Positions 19,034-30,792 of a stretch of 64,000 nt of DNA are shown here, piece by piece. The DNA is from Candidatus Limnocylindrales bacterium. Its GTDB lineage: Bacteria > Chloroflexota > Limnocylindria > Limnocylindrales > CSP1-4. The stretch is taken from the NCBI GenBank assembly GCA_038245845.1, contig JBBRRZ010000016.1, positions 133 to 64,132 on the forward strand, in the 5' to 3' direction. The first letter of the stretch is position 1. Every line of letters begins with the position of its first letter. Both the position numbers and the translations under genes were made by a program. The notes below the pieces were generated by a model. The model was not told the origin of the DNA. It did not search any database and was given only the letters and a program-made list of their open reading frames with translations.

Positions 19034-19054
19034 CCTCGAGGCACGCCGGTGTTG

Positions 19055-21091
19055 CTAGATCGCGACGCCCACCCGCAGCCCCTCGAGCACCGCCTCCTCG
19101 ATCGTCCGGGGCGAGAGGCAGTCCCCGATGGCGTGGACCTCGAACGGTGCGCCGGCGGTGCGGGCCGCCTCGAGCTCCAGGAGCAGCCCATCGTCGGGTG
19201 CCTGGCCCTGGGCCAGGACGAGCGCGGCCACGCCCTCGATCACCACCGGCTCGCCCGTCAGCACGTCCTGGAGAAACACCGCCCCCGGGTCGACGCCGAA
19301 CAGCCGCAACGTCGGGCGGATCTCCACCCTCGCCCGGCGGGCGGCGGCCGTCATCTGGTCCCGCACGTACTGCTGGATCCGCTGGCCGGCCATCGTCCCC
19401 GTGACTGCGAGCGTCACCCGGTGACCGCGTCCCGCGAGCAGGACGGCGAGCCCCAGGCCCACCCAGTCGGCCCGGAAGTCGGCGATGACCACGTGCCCCT
19501 CCGGGACCGCCTGCCCGCGGATGACCGACCACGCGTCGAGGACGGTCGACGAGCCGATGACCTCGAGCGGCGGCCGGTAGGGGATCGCACCCGTGGCAAC
19601 GACCACGACGTCAGGCGCGGCCGCCTCCACGAATGCGCGGTCGGCCCGGAACCCCGTCCGGATGAACACGCCCGCGCGTTGGGCCTCGGCGAGCAGGTTG
19701 CCCGCCGCGCCGGCCATCTCGGCCCGCCCCGGGAGCTCCTGTGCCAGCAGCACCTGGCCGCCGACCCGACGTCCCGCCTCCACGAGGGTCACCCGGTGTC
19801 CCCGTTCCGCCGCGACGGCCGCAGCCTTCAACCCGCCCGGGCCGCCGCCGATGACGAGGACCTCCCGCGGCCGTGGCGCCGGCGCATGGCGGGCGCCGCC
19901 GGGCGGGCCCGCACGCACGAACTCCAGCTCCCGGCCGCTCTCGGGGAACTGGATGCACGAGATCGGATAGCCGGCGTGGAAGTGCCCGATGCACGCCTGG
20001 TTGCAGCCGATGCACGCCCGGATGTCGTCCAGTCGGCCGGCCGCGCTCTTCGCCGGCAGCTCCGGGTCGCAGATGAGCGCGCGCGTCATCGCACAAGCGT
20101 CGGCGTCGCCCGCCGCGATGATCGCCTCCGCCTCCTGCGGCTGGGAGATCCGCCCGGCGACCATGACCGGAACACGGATGACGGCCTTCGCCCGCCTGGC
20201 GAGCGGCGCCGTGTAGCCGTTGCCGATGGGCGTCGGCGGGACGATGTGGTCCGACCCGGCGAGCGTCGCGGAGGTCCCGGCGACCACGCTCACGTAGTCG
20301 AAGGCGTCATCGGCATCGAGCGCCGCGAGGGCGGCGACCGCCTCGTCCTCGGTCAACCCCTCCGGAGTCACCTCGCCGATCGAGATCCGGAGGCCCACCA
20401 CGAAGCCCGGGCGCGTCGCGGCGCGGCAGGCCGCAAGTGCCTCGCGCAGGAAACGCAGCCGGCGTCCGTCATCCCCGCCGTATGCGTCGTCGCGGAGGTT
20501 GACCCGCGGGTTGAGGAACTGGGACGGGAGATAGCCGTGCGAGGCGACCACCTCGCACCCGTCGAGGCCGGCGGCGTCGAGGCGCGCGGCCGCAGCCCCG
20601 AACCCGTCGAGCACCTCGCGGATCAGCGTGACCGGCATCGCGCGCGGCATGACCCCGAACCGCTCGGTGGGCACGGCAGACGCCGAGACCGCAACGGCCA
20701 GGGTCCCGTCGTCCGTGTCCATGATCTCCCGGCCGCCGTGGAACAGCTGGCCGAAGATCGCCGTGCCCTGGGCATGCACGGCCTCGGCCAGGCGCCGGTA
20801 GCCGGGCACGCAGGCGTCGTCATCGGCGATCAGGGCGTGCGAGGTATAGCGCGCCGTGGGATGGACCGCCCCAACCTGGACGACGATCAGCCCGGCACCG
20901 CCCCGCGCACGCGCCTCGTGGTAGGCGACCAGGCGATCCGTGACCAGCCCGTCGTGCGCCATGACTGTGTCGTGACCGGACGAGACGATCCGGTTCGGGA
21001 GCACGACGTCCCCGATCGCCAGCGGCTCGAACAGCCGCGGGAACGTGGCGCGACCGGGCGCCTCGATGCCGGGATCAGCGGGCGTCTCCAT
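19055..21091 (-). CDS. NADH:flavin oxidoreductase (OYE / 2,4-dienoyl-CoA reductase / StcD-DgcA family, Fe-S)
   Basis: NRIVSSGH, ARARGGAGL, SHGYL.SQFLNP..N.R.D.YGG, CIGCNQAC, GGGPGG. Confidence 0.9.
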   Translation of the reverse strand: METPADPGIEAPGRATFPRLFEPLAIGDVVLPNRIVSSGHDTVMAHDGLVTDRLVAYHEARARGGAGLIVVQVGAVHPTARYTSHALIADDDACVPGYRRLAEAVHAQGTAIFGQLFHGGREIMDTDDGTLAVAVSASAVPTERFGVMPRAMPVTLIREVLDGFGAAAARLDAAGLDGCEVVASHGYLPSQFLNPRVNLRDDAYGGDDGRRLRFLREALAACRAATRPGFVVGLRISIGEVTPEGLTEDEAVAALAALDADDAFDYVSVVAGTSATLAGSDHIVPPTPIGNGYTAPLARRAKAVIRVPVMVAGRISQPQEAEAIIAAGDADACAMTRALICDPELPAKSAAGRLDDIRACIGCNQACIGHFHAGYPISCIQFPESGRELEFVRAGPPGGARHAPAPRPREVLVIGGGPGGLKAAAVAAERGHRVTLVEAGRRVGGQVLLAQELPGRAEMAGAAGNLLAEAQRAGVFIRTGFRADRAFVEAAAPDVVVVATGAIPYRPPLEVIGSSTVLDAWSVIRGQAVPEGHVVIADFRADWVGLGLAVLLAGRGHRVTLAVTGTMAGQRIQQYVRDQMTAAARRARVEIRPTLRLFGVDPGAVFLQDVLTGEPVVIEGVAALVLAQGQAPDDGLLLELEAARTAGAPFEVHAIGDCLSPRTIEEAVLEGLRVGVAI

Positions 21092-21150
21092 GGCCACAGG
21101 ATGAACGGTCGCCCGCCGGTCCGGCACGTCCGTCCCGCGGGCCGCGAGGG

Positions 21151-22419
21151 TCAGTCGCCGAGCGTCGCCTTGAGCGCGAGGATCCTGTCGTACGAGGCGC
21201 GCAGCACAGACGTGTCCAGCCAGCCGGACTGCGCACGCGCGACGAGGTCGTCGAACGCCGCGGCCGTGTCCGCCTCGGGCCCGGTCATCATGATCATGTC
21301 GGTCCCGGCGCGGGCCGCCTGCGCGGCCAGCCACTTCGGGCCGGTGCCCCGCGACGCCGCCGTGCCGTTGAGCGAGTCGGTGATCGACACGCCCGTGAAC
21401 TCCAGCTCGTCCCTGAGCAGGCCCACGGCGATCGCCCTGGACCAGCCCGCCGCGTGGTCGGGGTCCCAAGCCGTGTATGTGGCGTTGGACAGCATCACGA
21501 TCGGGACCCCGTCCGCGATCGCGCGCCGGAAGGGGAGGAGGTCCCGCTCCAGCGCGTCGCGTGACGCGGTCACGGTCTGGACGTTGCGGTCCGTGTTCAG
21601 CGCGACGCGCCCGATCCCCGGGAAGTGCTTGAGCGTCGCGAGCACGTCTCCAGAGCGAAGCCCGTCGGCGAAGGCCGTCACCATGCCGGCGACCACCTCG
21701 GGGTCGGACCCGTAGGTGCGCCCGGCATTCGCCATGAACGACACCGGCCCCGCCACGTCCGCGACCGGCGCGAGGTCCGCGTTGACGCCCGCTGCGCGCA
21801 ACGCCGAGGCGGTGTCGACGCCCAGAGCGCGCACGGCGTCCGTGTCACCGGCGGCCCCGGCCGCGCTGGCGGAGATCATGGGCGGGGCCCAGCGGAGGGT
21901 CCGGATCTCGCCCCCTTCCTGGTCCGCCATGATCAGGAGCGGCGGCTGGCCGCCGGCTCGCGCGGCGTCCTGCAGCGTGTCGGTGACCACCCGCTCGTGC
22001 GCCTCGTCGAGGACGTTGAACTTGAACAGCACGACGCCGCCGATCTCGCCCCGCCGGACCCGTCGCAGGAGGGACGCGCCGGGGGTGGTGCCGTCCATCC
22101 GGATGACGAGCTTCTGGCCGATGAGCTGGCGGGCCGTCGGGCCCGCGGTGGGCACGCTGGGGGAGGGGATCGCCGTGGGCGCTGGCGAGGGCGAGGCGCC
22201 TGTGCCCGGCGTGGGTAACGCGGTCGCGCTCGCGCTCGCACTCGCACTCGGGCTCGGGGTCCCCTGCGCGACCGCGGATGCTGACGGCGTCACGGCTGGT
22301 TGTCCGGGCCCCGTCCCGTCGAACAGCGACCAGGCGAAGAACCCGACGCCGAACAGCAGCACCAGCAGCCCGACCGCCGCGACGCGGCTGGCGAGGCGGA
22401 CGCTGGCGGGCTGCGACAC
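21151..22419 (-). CDS. Membrane-anchored glycoside hydrolase family 3 (beta-hexosaminidase-like)
   Basis: TM plus PST linker; ADQEGG, KHFPG, ITDSL; GAGG SD before GTG. Confidence 0.88.
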   Translation of the reverse strand: MSQPASVRLASRVAAVGLLVLLFGVGFFAWSLFDGTGPGQPAVTPSASAVAQGTPSPSASASASATALPTPGTGASPSPAPTAIPSPSVPTAGPTARQLIGQKLVIRMDGTTPGASLLRRVRRGEIGGVVLFKFNVLDEAHERVVTDTLQDAARAGGQPPLLIMADQEGGEIRTLRWAPPMISASAAGAAGDTDAVRALGVDTASALRAAGVNADLAPVADVAGPVSFMANAGRTYGSDPEVVAGMVTAFADGLRSGDVLATLKHFPGIGRVALNTDRNVQTVTASRDALERDLLPFRRAIADGVPIVMLSNATYTAWDPDHAAGWSRAIAVGLLRDELEFTGVSITDSLNGTAASRGTGPKWLAAQAARAGTDMIMMTGPEADTAAAFDDLVARAQSGWLDTSVLRASYDRILALKATLGD

Positions 22420-22569
22420 GGCGGTACCTCGGGGTCGACGACGGATGACGAGCGCATCGTAGCCCGCTGTCCGCGAGATCCCCGTCAAAGCCACTTCGCG
22501 CGTCCTCGTTCGCCCCGCGAGGGGTCGCCGGAGCATTGGCCGATGAGCACCGCCTGCTATCGTGCGGCC

Positions 22570-23385
22570 ATGGATCGAGCGGCGATCGAGCCACCCGTCG
22601 AGCCCGGCTTCGAGGCATCCGCGGGCGCCCGCGATCCGCTCGTCGCGCGCTGGCTGGGACGGGTCGTGTACCGCGACGCGTGGGATCTCCAGAAGCGGCT
22701 CGCGGCCGCCCGGGCGGAGGGCAGGATCCCGGACCAGCTGCTCCTCCTCGAACACGAAGCGGTCCTCACCCTCGGACGCCAGGCGGACGACTCGCACGTC
22801 CTCGCCCCGGCGCCGCTCCTCGAAGCCCGCGGCATCGAGGTCCTGCGCGTCGAGCGGGGCGGCGAGGTCACGTACCACGGCCCGGGCCAGCTGGTCGCCT
22901 ATCCGATCCTCCACCTCCCGGATCGCGCGCTGCTCCTCCGGCCGTACGTCAGGGCGCTCGAGGCGGCGCTCAGCGACACCTGCGCCGCGTTCGGCGTGAC
23001 AGCCGGGCGGCGCGAGGGTCACCCGGGGTGCTGGGTGGACGCGGAGGGTCCGCGCCCACGCAAGATCGGTGCTCTCGGGATCCGCGTCGAGCGCGGCGTC
23101 GCGTACCACGGGATCGCCCTCAACGTCGACGTGTCCCTCGCGGACTTCGACCTGATCGACCCGTGCGGCATGCCCGGGCTGGCGTCGGCCTCGATCGCGT
23201 CGGAGCTGGGAAACCGGGATGAGCCGCCGTCAACGGAGCGCGTTGCTGCCGCCGCCCGGGTCTTCGCGCGCTCGCTCGCCCGGCACCTCGGATCCCAGGG
23301 GATCGCGGGCGATCTTCCCCCGGCCGCGGATCCCGTGGGCGAACGGGCAGCCCTCGAGCGGCTCGCAGCCGCCCAGGCCGCCTGA
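22570..23385 (+). CDS. lipB: Lipoyl(octanoyl) transferase
   Basis: LLEHEAVLTLGR, RGGEVTYHGPGQLVAYP, KIGALG, HGIALN, PCG. Confidence 0.95.
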   Translation: MDRAAIEPPVEPGFEASAGARDPLVARWLGRVVYRDAWDLQKRLAAARAEGRIPDQLLLLEHEAVLTLGRQADDSHVLAPAPLLEARGIEVLRVERGGEVTYHGPGQLVAYPILHLPDRALLLRPYVRALEAALSDTCAAFGVTAGRREGHPGCWVDAEGPRPRKIGALGIRVERGVAYHGIALNVDVSLADFDLIDPCGMPGLASASIASELGNRDEPPSTERVAAAARVFARSLARHLGSQGIAGDLPPAADPVGERAALERLAAAQAA

Positions 23386-23388
23386 CCC

Positions 23389-24393
23389 ATGAGCCAGGGC
23401 CTGTTCGAGCTGCGCAAGGACGCGATCACCGGGTGGTGGGTTGCGACCGTCGTCGACCGGACGTTCGAGCGCGAGCGCTTTGCCCTCCAGGCGGCCCAGG
23501 TCAACGACCGCGGCGACTGCTTCAACTGCCGGATCCCGGCCGGGGACGGCATCCGCCTGCGCACGCTCAAGGACTTCGCGTTCAGCGTCGCCGGGACGGA
23601 GGAGGAGGCGCGTGCCCGTGATGGCCAGGTCGCGCAGGTCACGATCGCCGATGCGCGCGCCGCGGGCGCGTGGAGCACGGTCGTCGCGCCGCCGGGCGAG
23701 CACCGGCCGCTCCATGCCGTGGGCTCGGCGGTCATCGAGGGCATGCTCGGGCGAAGCCGGGACCAGATCACGGTCGCCCGCCGCGCAGACCGGACCCAGC
23801 ACCTGCAGGTCGTCCAGAACTGGGGGGCCCAGGCGGGCGCCCGGACGAACCACCTGTGCTTCGACCTGTACGACCTGCCGCAGATCCCGCACCGGATCGC
23901 CGAGGAGCTGGGCGGCGCGGCCCGCTACCTCATCCGCGAGGGCGAGTGTCCGTACTGCCGCCTCGTCCGCGAGGAGGTGCGACGGCCCGACCACCTGCTG
24001 TACCAGGACGACTATGCGGTCGCGTTCGCGCCGTACGCCTCGCGCTCGCCGTTCGAGGTGTGGGTCGTCCCTCGCCAGCACGACGCGGACTTCGCACGCG
24101 CCAGCGACCGGGACATCGCGGCGACCGCCGAGGCGCTCCGCCGCGTGCTCGGCCGACTCGCCGCCAGCCTCGACAACCCGCCCTACAACCTGGTCCTGCA
24201 TACCGCGCCGCTCAAGGAACAGGTCGATGCGACCTACCATTGGCACTGGGAGATCCACCCCCGGTTGCGCGAGATTGCAGGTCTCGAGCTCGGCACCGGG
24301 CTGCCCGTCAACCCGGTGTCGCCGGAGGACGCTGTGGAGGAGCTGCGGACCGGCTCCTCGGACGAGGGGCCGTCCGAGCACCCACGGCGCTGA
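23389..24393 (+). CDS. GalT-like (HIT-fold) nucleotidyltransferase homolog lacking the canonical HPH motif
   Basis: ELRKD.ITG.WV, NWGAQAGA, C..C, FAPYASRSPFEVW, YNLVLHTAP, HWHWEIHPR; HLC in place of HPH. Confidence 0.85.
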   Translation: MSQGLFELRKDAITGWWVATVVDRTFERERFALQAAQVNDRGDCFNCRIPAGDGIRLRTLKDFAFSVAGTEEEARARDGQVAQVTIADARAAGAWSTVVAPPGEHRPLHAVGSAVIEGMLGRSRDQITVARRADRTQHLQVVQNWGAQAGARTNHLCFDLYDLPQIPHRIAEELGGAARYLIREGECPYCRLVREEVRRPDHLLYQDDYAVAFAPYASRSPFEVWVVPRQHDADFARASDRDIAATAEALRRVLGRLAASLDNPPYNLVLHTAPLKEQVDATYHWHWEIHPRLREIAGLELGTGLPVNPVSPEDAVEELRTGSSDEGPSEHPRR

Positions 24394-24413
24394 GATGACG
24401 GGGGGAGGAGGCC

Positions 24414-24440
24414 GTCACACGATGCAGACCGGCATCGTCA
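24414..24440 (+). promoter_or_regulatory. Candidate autoregulatory ECF promoter GTCACA-N16-CGTCA
   Basis: Matches the known ECF-type consensus GTCACA-N16-CGTC; followed by GGGAG SD and ATG 24457. Confidence 0.45.
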
Positions 24441-24456
24441 GAGCGGCTGGGAGCAC

Positions 24457-25140
24457 ATGGCTCCTGATCGGGGGGGCATTCCGATCGCCAACGGAGCACA
24501 CGTGGTCGTCGATCCGCTCGAGCTCGAACAGCGTCGCTTCCTTCCCATGGGGCTTTCCGTGAGTGCCGGCTGGGACCAGGACGAGGCCTACCGTTTCGTC
24601 GAGGAGCTGTTCGCCCGGCACCAGAACGAGATCTATGCATACCTGGTGCGGATGCTCCGGGACCCGGAGCTCGCCGCGGACCTCGCCCAGGACGCGTTCG
24701 TGAAGGCCTATCGCGCCTACGACTCGCTCCAGAAGCCCGAGAACGCCCGTGCGTGGCTGTACCAGATCGCGCACCGCGTCGCGTTGGACAACCTGCGCCG
24801 CAACAAGATCATCCGGTTCGTGCCGCTCATCGGCGAGACGCGCAACACGGCGCCGTCGGCGGAGCACCTCGTGATGGAGGCCCACCTCTCGGGCGACCTC
24901 CAGCGGGCGCTCGAGCGGATCCCGGAGCGCCAGCGCCAGGCCCTCCTGCTCGCGGAGCTCCATGACCTCACGGGCCTCGAGCTCGCAGCGGCGCTCGGCG
25001 TCTCGCACGTCGCCGCCCGGGCGCTCCTGACCCGCGCTCGTGAAAGCCTCCGCCAGGCACTCGCCGTCGAGCGCCAGGCGATCGCCGAGGCCGAAGCCGC
25101 CCGTGACGCCGCGGACGCCAGCCGCGGGACCCGCGCATGA
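24457..25140 (+). CDS. ECF RNA polymerase sigma-70 factor
   Basis: DLAQDAFVKAY, AWLYQIAHRVALD, IPERQR.ALLL...G.ELAAALG. Confidence 0.92.
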   Translation: MAPDRGGIPIANGAHVVVDPLELEQRRFLPMGLSVSAGWDQDEAYRFVEELFARHQNEIYAYLVRMLRDPELAADLAQDAFVKAYRAYDSLQKPENARAWLYQIAHRVALDNLRRNKIIRFVPLIGETRNTAPSAEHLVMEAHLSGDLQRALERIPERQRQALLLAELHDLTGLELAAALGVSHVAARALLTRARESLRQALAVERQAIAEAEAARDAADASRGTRA

Positions 25141-26903
25141 CCGGGGCACCGGGCCCTGCCCTCGACCAGCGCAACCACCGGCGGGCCCGCGATCTCGCCG
25201 CCGCCCGTCCCGACGGGTTCCTGACCCCGGACGAGGCCGCCTGGCTCGACGGCCACCTCGCCGGCTGCGAGGCGTGCACGCTCGTGGCCGGGTCATATGC
25301 CGGGCAGCGCGACCTGTTTGCCGCCGCCCGGGCCGGGATGCCGGTACCGCCGCGGGACCTCTGGGCGCGCACCGCCGCCGCGATCGAGGCCGAGGGTCGC
25401 CCGAAACGTGCCCATCGGGGCGCGTTCCATATCAGCTCCTGGGTCTACGCACCGCTCGCCGGGATGATGGTCGTGGCGATCGCCGTCGGTGCAAGCCTGC
25501 TCAACGGGCTTCCGGCGAAGGAGAGCACCAGCAAGGGCGAGGAGCCCGACGCCACGCCATTCGCGATGGCCGCGGGCGAGATCCAGGTTGTCGGCCCGGG
25601 CGCGGACGGGACGTACGAGTTCAGCCGCCAGCTCGTGGGCGAGGTCTGCCCGATCTCCGCGACGAGCTGCGGGCTTGCGCTGTCGCCAGAGATCACCCAG
25701 CGGGAGCGCCTGACCACCCGCGCGGCATATGACGCGATCATCTCCCCCAACAACGACCAGATTGTGGTCGTCGAGCGGGGCAGTGGCTCCCAGGGCGTGT
25801 ACGTCGTGCCCGTCCGCGCGACCGGGATCGAGGGCCCGTCCGCGCCGCCCGGATCCGCCGCTCCGACGGCCGTGGCGACCCTGGCAGCGACGGCGAGCCC
25901 GTCCGAGACCCCGTCCGGGACCCCGGCAGCAAGCAGCCAGCCGAGCGCCAGCCTGGAGCCCTCCGCATCGGCGCCGGTCCCGAGCGACGCCGCATCGTCG
26001 ACGCCCGCGGCATCCGACCTTGCCGCGTCCGACCCGCCTGCCCCGACGCCCGACCCGAGCGCTTCGGCGTCCGCCGCCCCGACCCCGGAGCCCGCCACGC
26101 CCCAGCCAACCGTCGCGGTGACGCCGCGGCCCGATGGCGCGCTCGAGATCGCCCGGGACGTCGTGATGGTCGGCAACACCGCCGCCTACTCGGCGGACGG
26201 CGCGCGGTTCGCGTTCTCCGCCCGTCCGTCGGACGGCTCGACGGGCCCCGATGTGTACGTGTGGTCCGTCGGCGAACGGCTCGCCACGGCGGTGACCGCC
26301 GACCACGCTTCGCTGTTCAGCGGCTGGCTGGACGAATCGGTCCTCGTCAGCCGGGTCGTGGGCGGGCAGGCGCGCACGATCATCCTCGACCTCTCGACCG
26401 GCGATCAGCGCTCCGCCCACGGGGGACCGATGTGGCGGCCCACCGTCGGTCCCGATGCGCGGACCGGCGTCTGGTGGGACGGGACCCTGAAGCCCACCCC
26501 GGATGGCCACAGCTGGCTCCCGGACGCCGGGAGGCTCGTGCTTGAGGCGTGGCCGGACGGCTCGGCCAGCCAGGTCATCGCCGACGGCAGGATCACCGAT
26601 TGGCAGGTCCGCTGGGACCCCAGCGGGAAGCTGCTTGCCCTGTGGACGACGACCGGCGACCCGGGCGATGCCGGCACCCTCGCGTTGTACACCGTGGATC
26701 CTTCCACCGGCCGTGCGGACCTCGCCAACCCGAAGCTCGCGCCGGAGCCCGCATTCGACGGGTTCTCGATCCGCAAGGGGCGTCTCACGTGGTCCGCACC
26801 GGCTGACGGCAGCGACACCACGGTCCAGGTCCTGGCGTGGTCGGGCGACCGGTTCGGGCGGCTCGAGATCCTCGCAGAGGACGGCACGACGGTCGTCCGC
26901 TGA
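25137..26903 (+). CDS. Zinc-binding (ZAS) anti-sigma factor with TM, PST linker and beta-propeller ectodomain
   Basis: HLAGCEAC (HxxxCxxC); ATGA coupling; AYSADG.RFAF, WDPSGKLLALW. Confidence 0.85.
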   Translation: MTGAPGPALDQRNHRRARDLAAARPDGFLTPDEAAWLDGHLAGCEACTLVAGSYAGQRDLFAAARAGMPVPPRDLWARTAAAIEAEGRPKRAHRGAFHISSWVYAPLAGMMVVAIAVGASLLNGLPAKESTSKGEEPDATPFAMAAGEIQVVGPGADGTYEFSRQLVGEVCPISATSCGLALSPEITQRERLTTRAAYDAIISPNNDQIVVVERGSGSQGVYVVPVRATGIEGPSAPPGSAAPTAVATLAATASPSETPSGTPAASSQPSASLEPSASAPVPSDAASSTPAASDLAASDPPAPTPDPSASASAAPTPEPATPQPTVAVTPRPDGALEIARDVVMVGNTAAYSADGARFAFSARPSDGSTGPDVYVWSVGERLATAVTADHASLFSGWLDESVLVSRVVGGQARTIILDLSTGDQRSAHGGPMWRPTVGPDARTGVWWDGTLKPTPDGHSWLPDAGRLVLEAWPDGSASQVIADGRITDWQVRWDPSGKLLALWTTTGDPGDAGTLALYTVDPSTGRADLANPKLAPEPAFDGFSIRKGRLTWSAPADGSDTTVQVLAWSGDRFGRLEILAEDGTTVVR

Positions 26904-27030
26904 GGCGAGGCCGGTCGGCCGGCACGGCCGTCCCGCGGTCGCGAGTTCCCCATCCGCCACGCACCCCGCGCCCGGTTGATACCCGAGTGCGGCGCACGGA
27001 TATCCCCGAAGTGGGATAGGCTGCCCGCAC

Positions 27031-27582
27031 ATGCGACGTAGATCGGTCGTCGCGATCGCCGCGCTCATCGCGGCGTTCGCCCTGGCAGGACTGCCCGCTC
27101 CCGCAGGCTCGACGACCCCGTCGATCGCGAAGGAGCTGGCACCGGCGGCCTTCACCTCAGTCACGATCCCGGCGGATTCCCAGGCGCAGCAGGCCACGGG
27201 CCAGCCCGACGCCGCCCTTCGCTCGGCCGGCCACCTCGCCGCCGGGACGAGCTTCGTGGAACCCGGCGTTGCCCCTACCGGCCCCGTGTCGCGACCGCGT
27301 GTCGACCAGCCCCCGGCACCCGCCGGCGCGGACTGGAAGGCGCCCAGGTACACGCTCTCGGGCTACGCCACCTTCTATGCGAACGGGACGACCGCGATGC
27401 GGCTCCCGCGCGGGACCGTCGTCCGGATCTGTGGCGGCGGCGGGTGCATCGAGCGCACGGTCAACGATTACGGGCCCCAGAAGAAGACGCGCGTCGTCGA
27501 CCTGTACACGCCCGACTTCTTCCAGGTCTGCGGCTGCCCGTGGTACTCGGGCACGACCTGGGTGACCGTCTCCATCTACTGA
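27031..27582 (+). CDS. Secreted RlpA-like double-psi beta-barrel protein
   Basis: Signal peptide; SGYATFY...LPRGT.VRIC....C....VNDYGP...RVVDL. Confidence 0.8.
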   Translation: MRRRSVVAIAALIAAFALAGLPAPAGSTTPSIAKELAPAAFTSVTIPADSQAQQATGQPDAALRSAGHLAAGTSFVEPGVAPTGPVSRPRVDQPPAPAGADWKAPRYTLSGYATFYANGTTAMRLPRGTVVRICGGGGCIERTVNDYGPQKKTRVVDLYTPDFFQVCGCPWYSGTTWVTVSIY

Positions 27583-27620
27583 TCGCCGGGCCGCGCCCCC
27601 TCCCGGCGCGGTAGACTTGA

Positions 27621-29355
<1,735 letters not shown>

Positions 29356-29359
<4 letters not shown>

Positions 29360-30777
29360 GCCGGACAGCGACGGGCGACGGGCTGCGCGTCGGGGACGTC
29401 GCTGATGGGCTGACGCTGCGCGGCTGGGCGGTGGACCCGGCGAGCGGGCGAGAGGGAGCGGCCGAGCTCGTGCTCACCGACGGCCGCCTCGAGCGGCTCA
29501 CGTGGCTCGAGGGCGTCGATGCGGACGGCGTGGGCCCGGACGGCGTGCTCATCGCGCCGGGCTTCATCGACCTCCACGCGCACTTCCGCGAGCCCGGCAA
29601 CGAGAATGCCGAGACGATCGCGACGGGTGCCGCGGCGGCCGCGCACGGCGGCTTCACGACCGTGTGCCTCATGCCCAACACGACCCCTGCGATCGACGAG
29701 CCGGGCGTCGTCGAGCGGATTCGTGCGGCTGCCGCGGCGTCCGGATCGCCGGTGCGGGTGCTCATCCATGGTGCGGTGACCGCCGGACGCGCCGGCGAGA
29801 CGCTCGCCGCGCTCGGCGAGCTGGCCGATGCCGGGGTCGTGGGCTTCTCCGACGATGGCTCGCCGGTGCGTGGCGCCTCGATCCTGCGCAACGCCCTCGC
29901 ATACGCCGGCGCGCTCGGGCTCCCGATCATTGACCATCCGGAGGACCCCACGCTCACCGAGGGGGCCGAGGCGTCGGAGGGCTATGTGGCAACGGTGCTC
30001 GGCCTCAGGGGCTGGCCGGTCGCCGCCGAGGCTGGCGCCGTCGCACGGGCTATCGCGATCCTCGCGGACATCGTCGGCGACGTGCCCGGCGCACGGCTGC
30101 ACCTGACGCATGTCTCGGCAGCCGCGTCCCTCGCCCACGTGCGAGCCGCCAAGTCCGCGGGCCTGCCAGTCACCTGCGACGTGACGCCGCACCACCTGGG
30201 CCTCGCCGACGAGTGGCTCGCAGGGTCGCGGCGCTGGGCCTGGGAGGCGCTCGATGCCGATGGTGCCTCTCGCGATCCATGGGCCGACGGCGCGCTGACC
30301 GCCGGCCCGTTCGACCCGTCGCTGCGCGTCAACCCGCCGCTCCGAGGAGCGCCCGACGCCGCGGCGTGTCGTGCAGCCCTCGCGGACGGCACCGCGGATG
30401 CGATCGCCACCGATCACGCGCCCCACACGGAGGTGGACAAGCACGTCGAGTTCGGGTGGGCGGCGAACGGGATCAGTGGCATCGAGACGGCGATCGGGAT
30501 CGTGCTCGCGGCGGTCGACGCCGGGGAGCTCTCGCTCGCGCGTGCGATCGCGGCGCTCACCACCGGACCCGCCACGATCCTCGGCGCTGCCGCACCGACA
30601 CCCGGGCTGCGCGTGGGTGAGCCGGCGGACCTCGTCGTCATCGACCGCACGATGACATGGCGCGTCGACCGGGCGTCGTTGCGTTCGCTGGGCAAGAACT
30701 CGCCGCTCCTGGGTCGTGACCTCCGCGGCGTCGTCACGCTGACGGTCGCCGGCGGCCGGGTGGCCGCGACCGGCTGA
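29356..30777 (+). CDS. pyrC: Dihydroorotase
   Basis: DLHAHFREPG, MPNT.P, GFSDDG, VTPHHL, VNPPLR, TDHAPH. Confidence 0.95.
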
Positions 30778-30792
30778 CACGGGGTCAGGACG

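Noticed and set aside
19049-21715. 888-aa plus-strand ORF
   Set aside because: Antisense shadow of the flavin oxidoreductase and GH3 genes.
22222-22250. GCGCTC/GCACTC hexamer runs, also near 9890, plus GAC-rich runs at 39845-39960
   Set aside because: Coding low-complexity linkers (SA, LA, DG and EDV repeats), not independent repeat elements.
26904-27030. Possible c-di-AMP (ydaO) riboswitch upstream of the RlpA-like gene
   Set aside because: Conserved ydaO segments are not found; only a short TATCCC/GGGATA hairpin is present.
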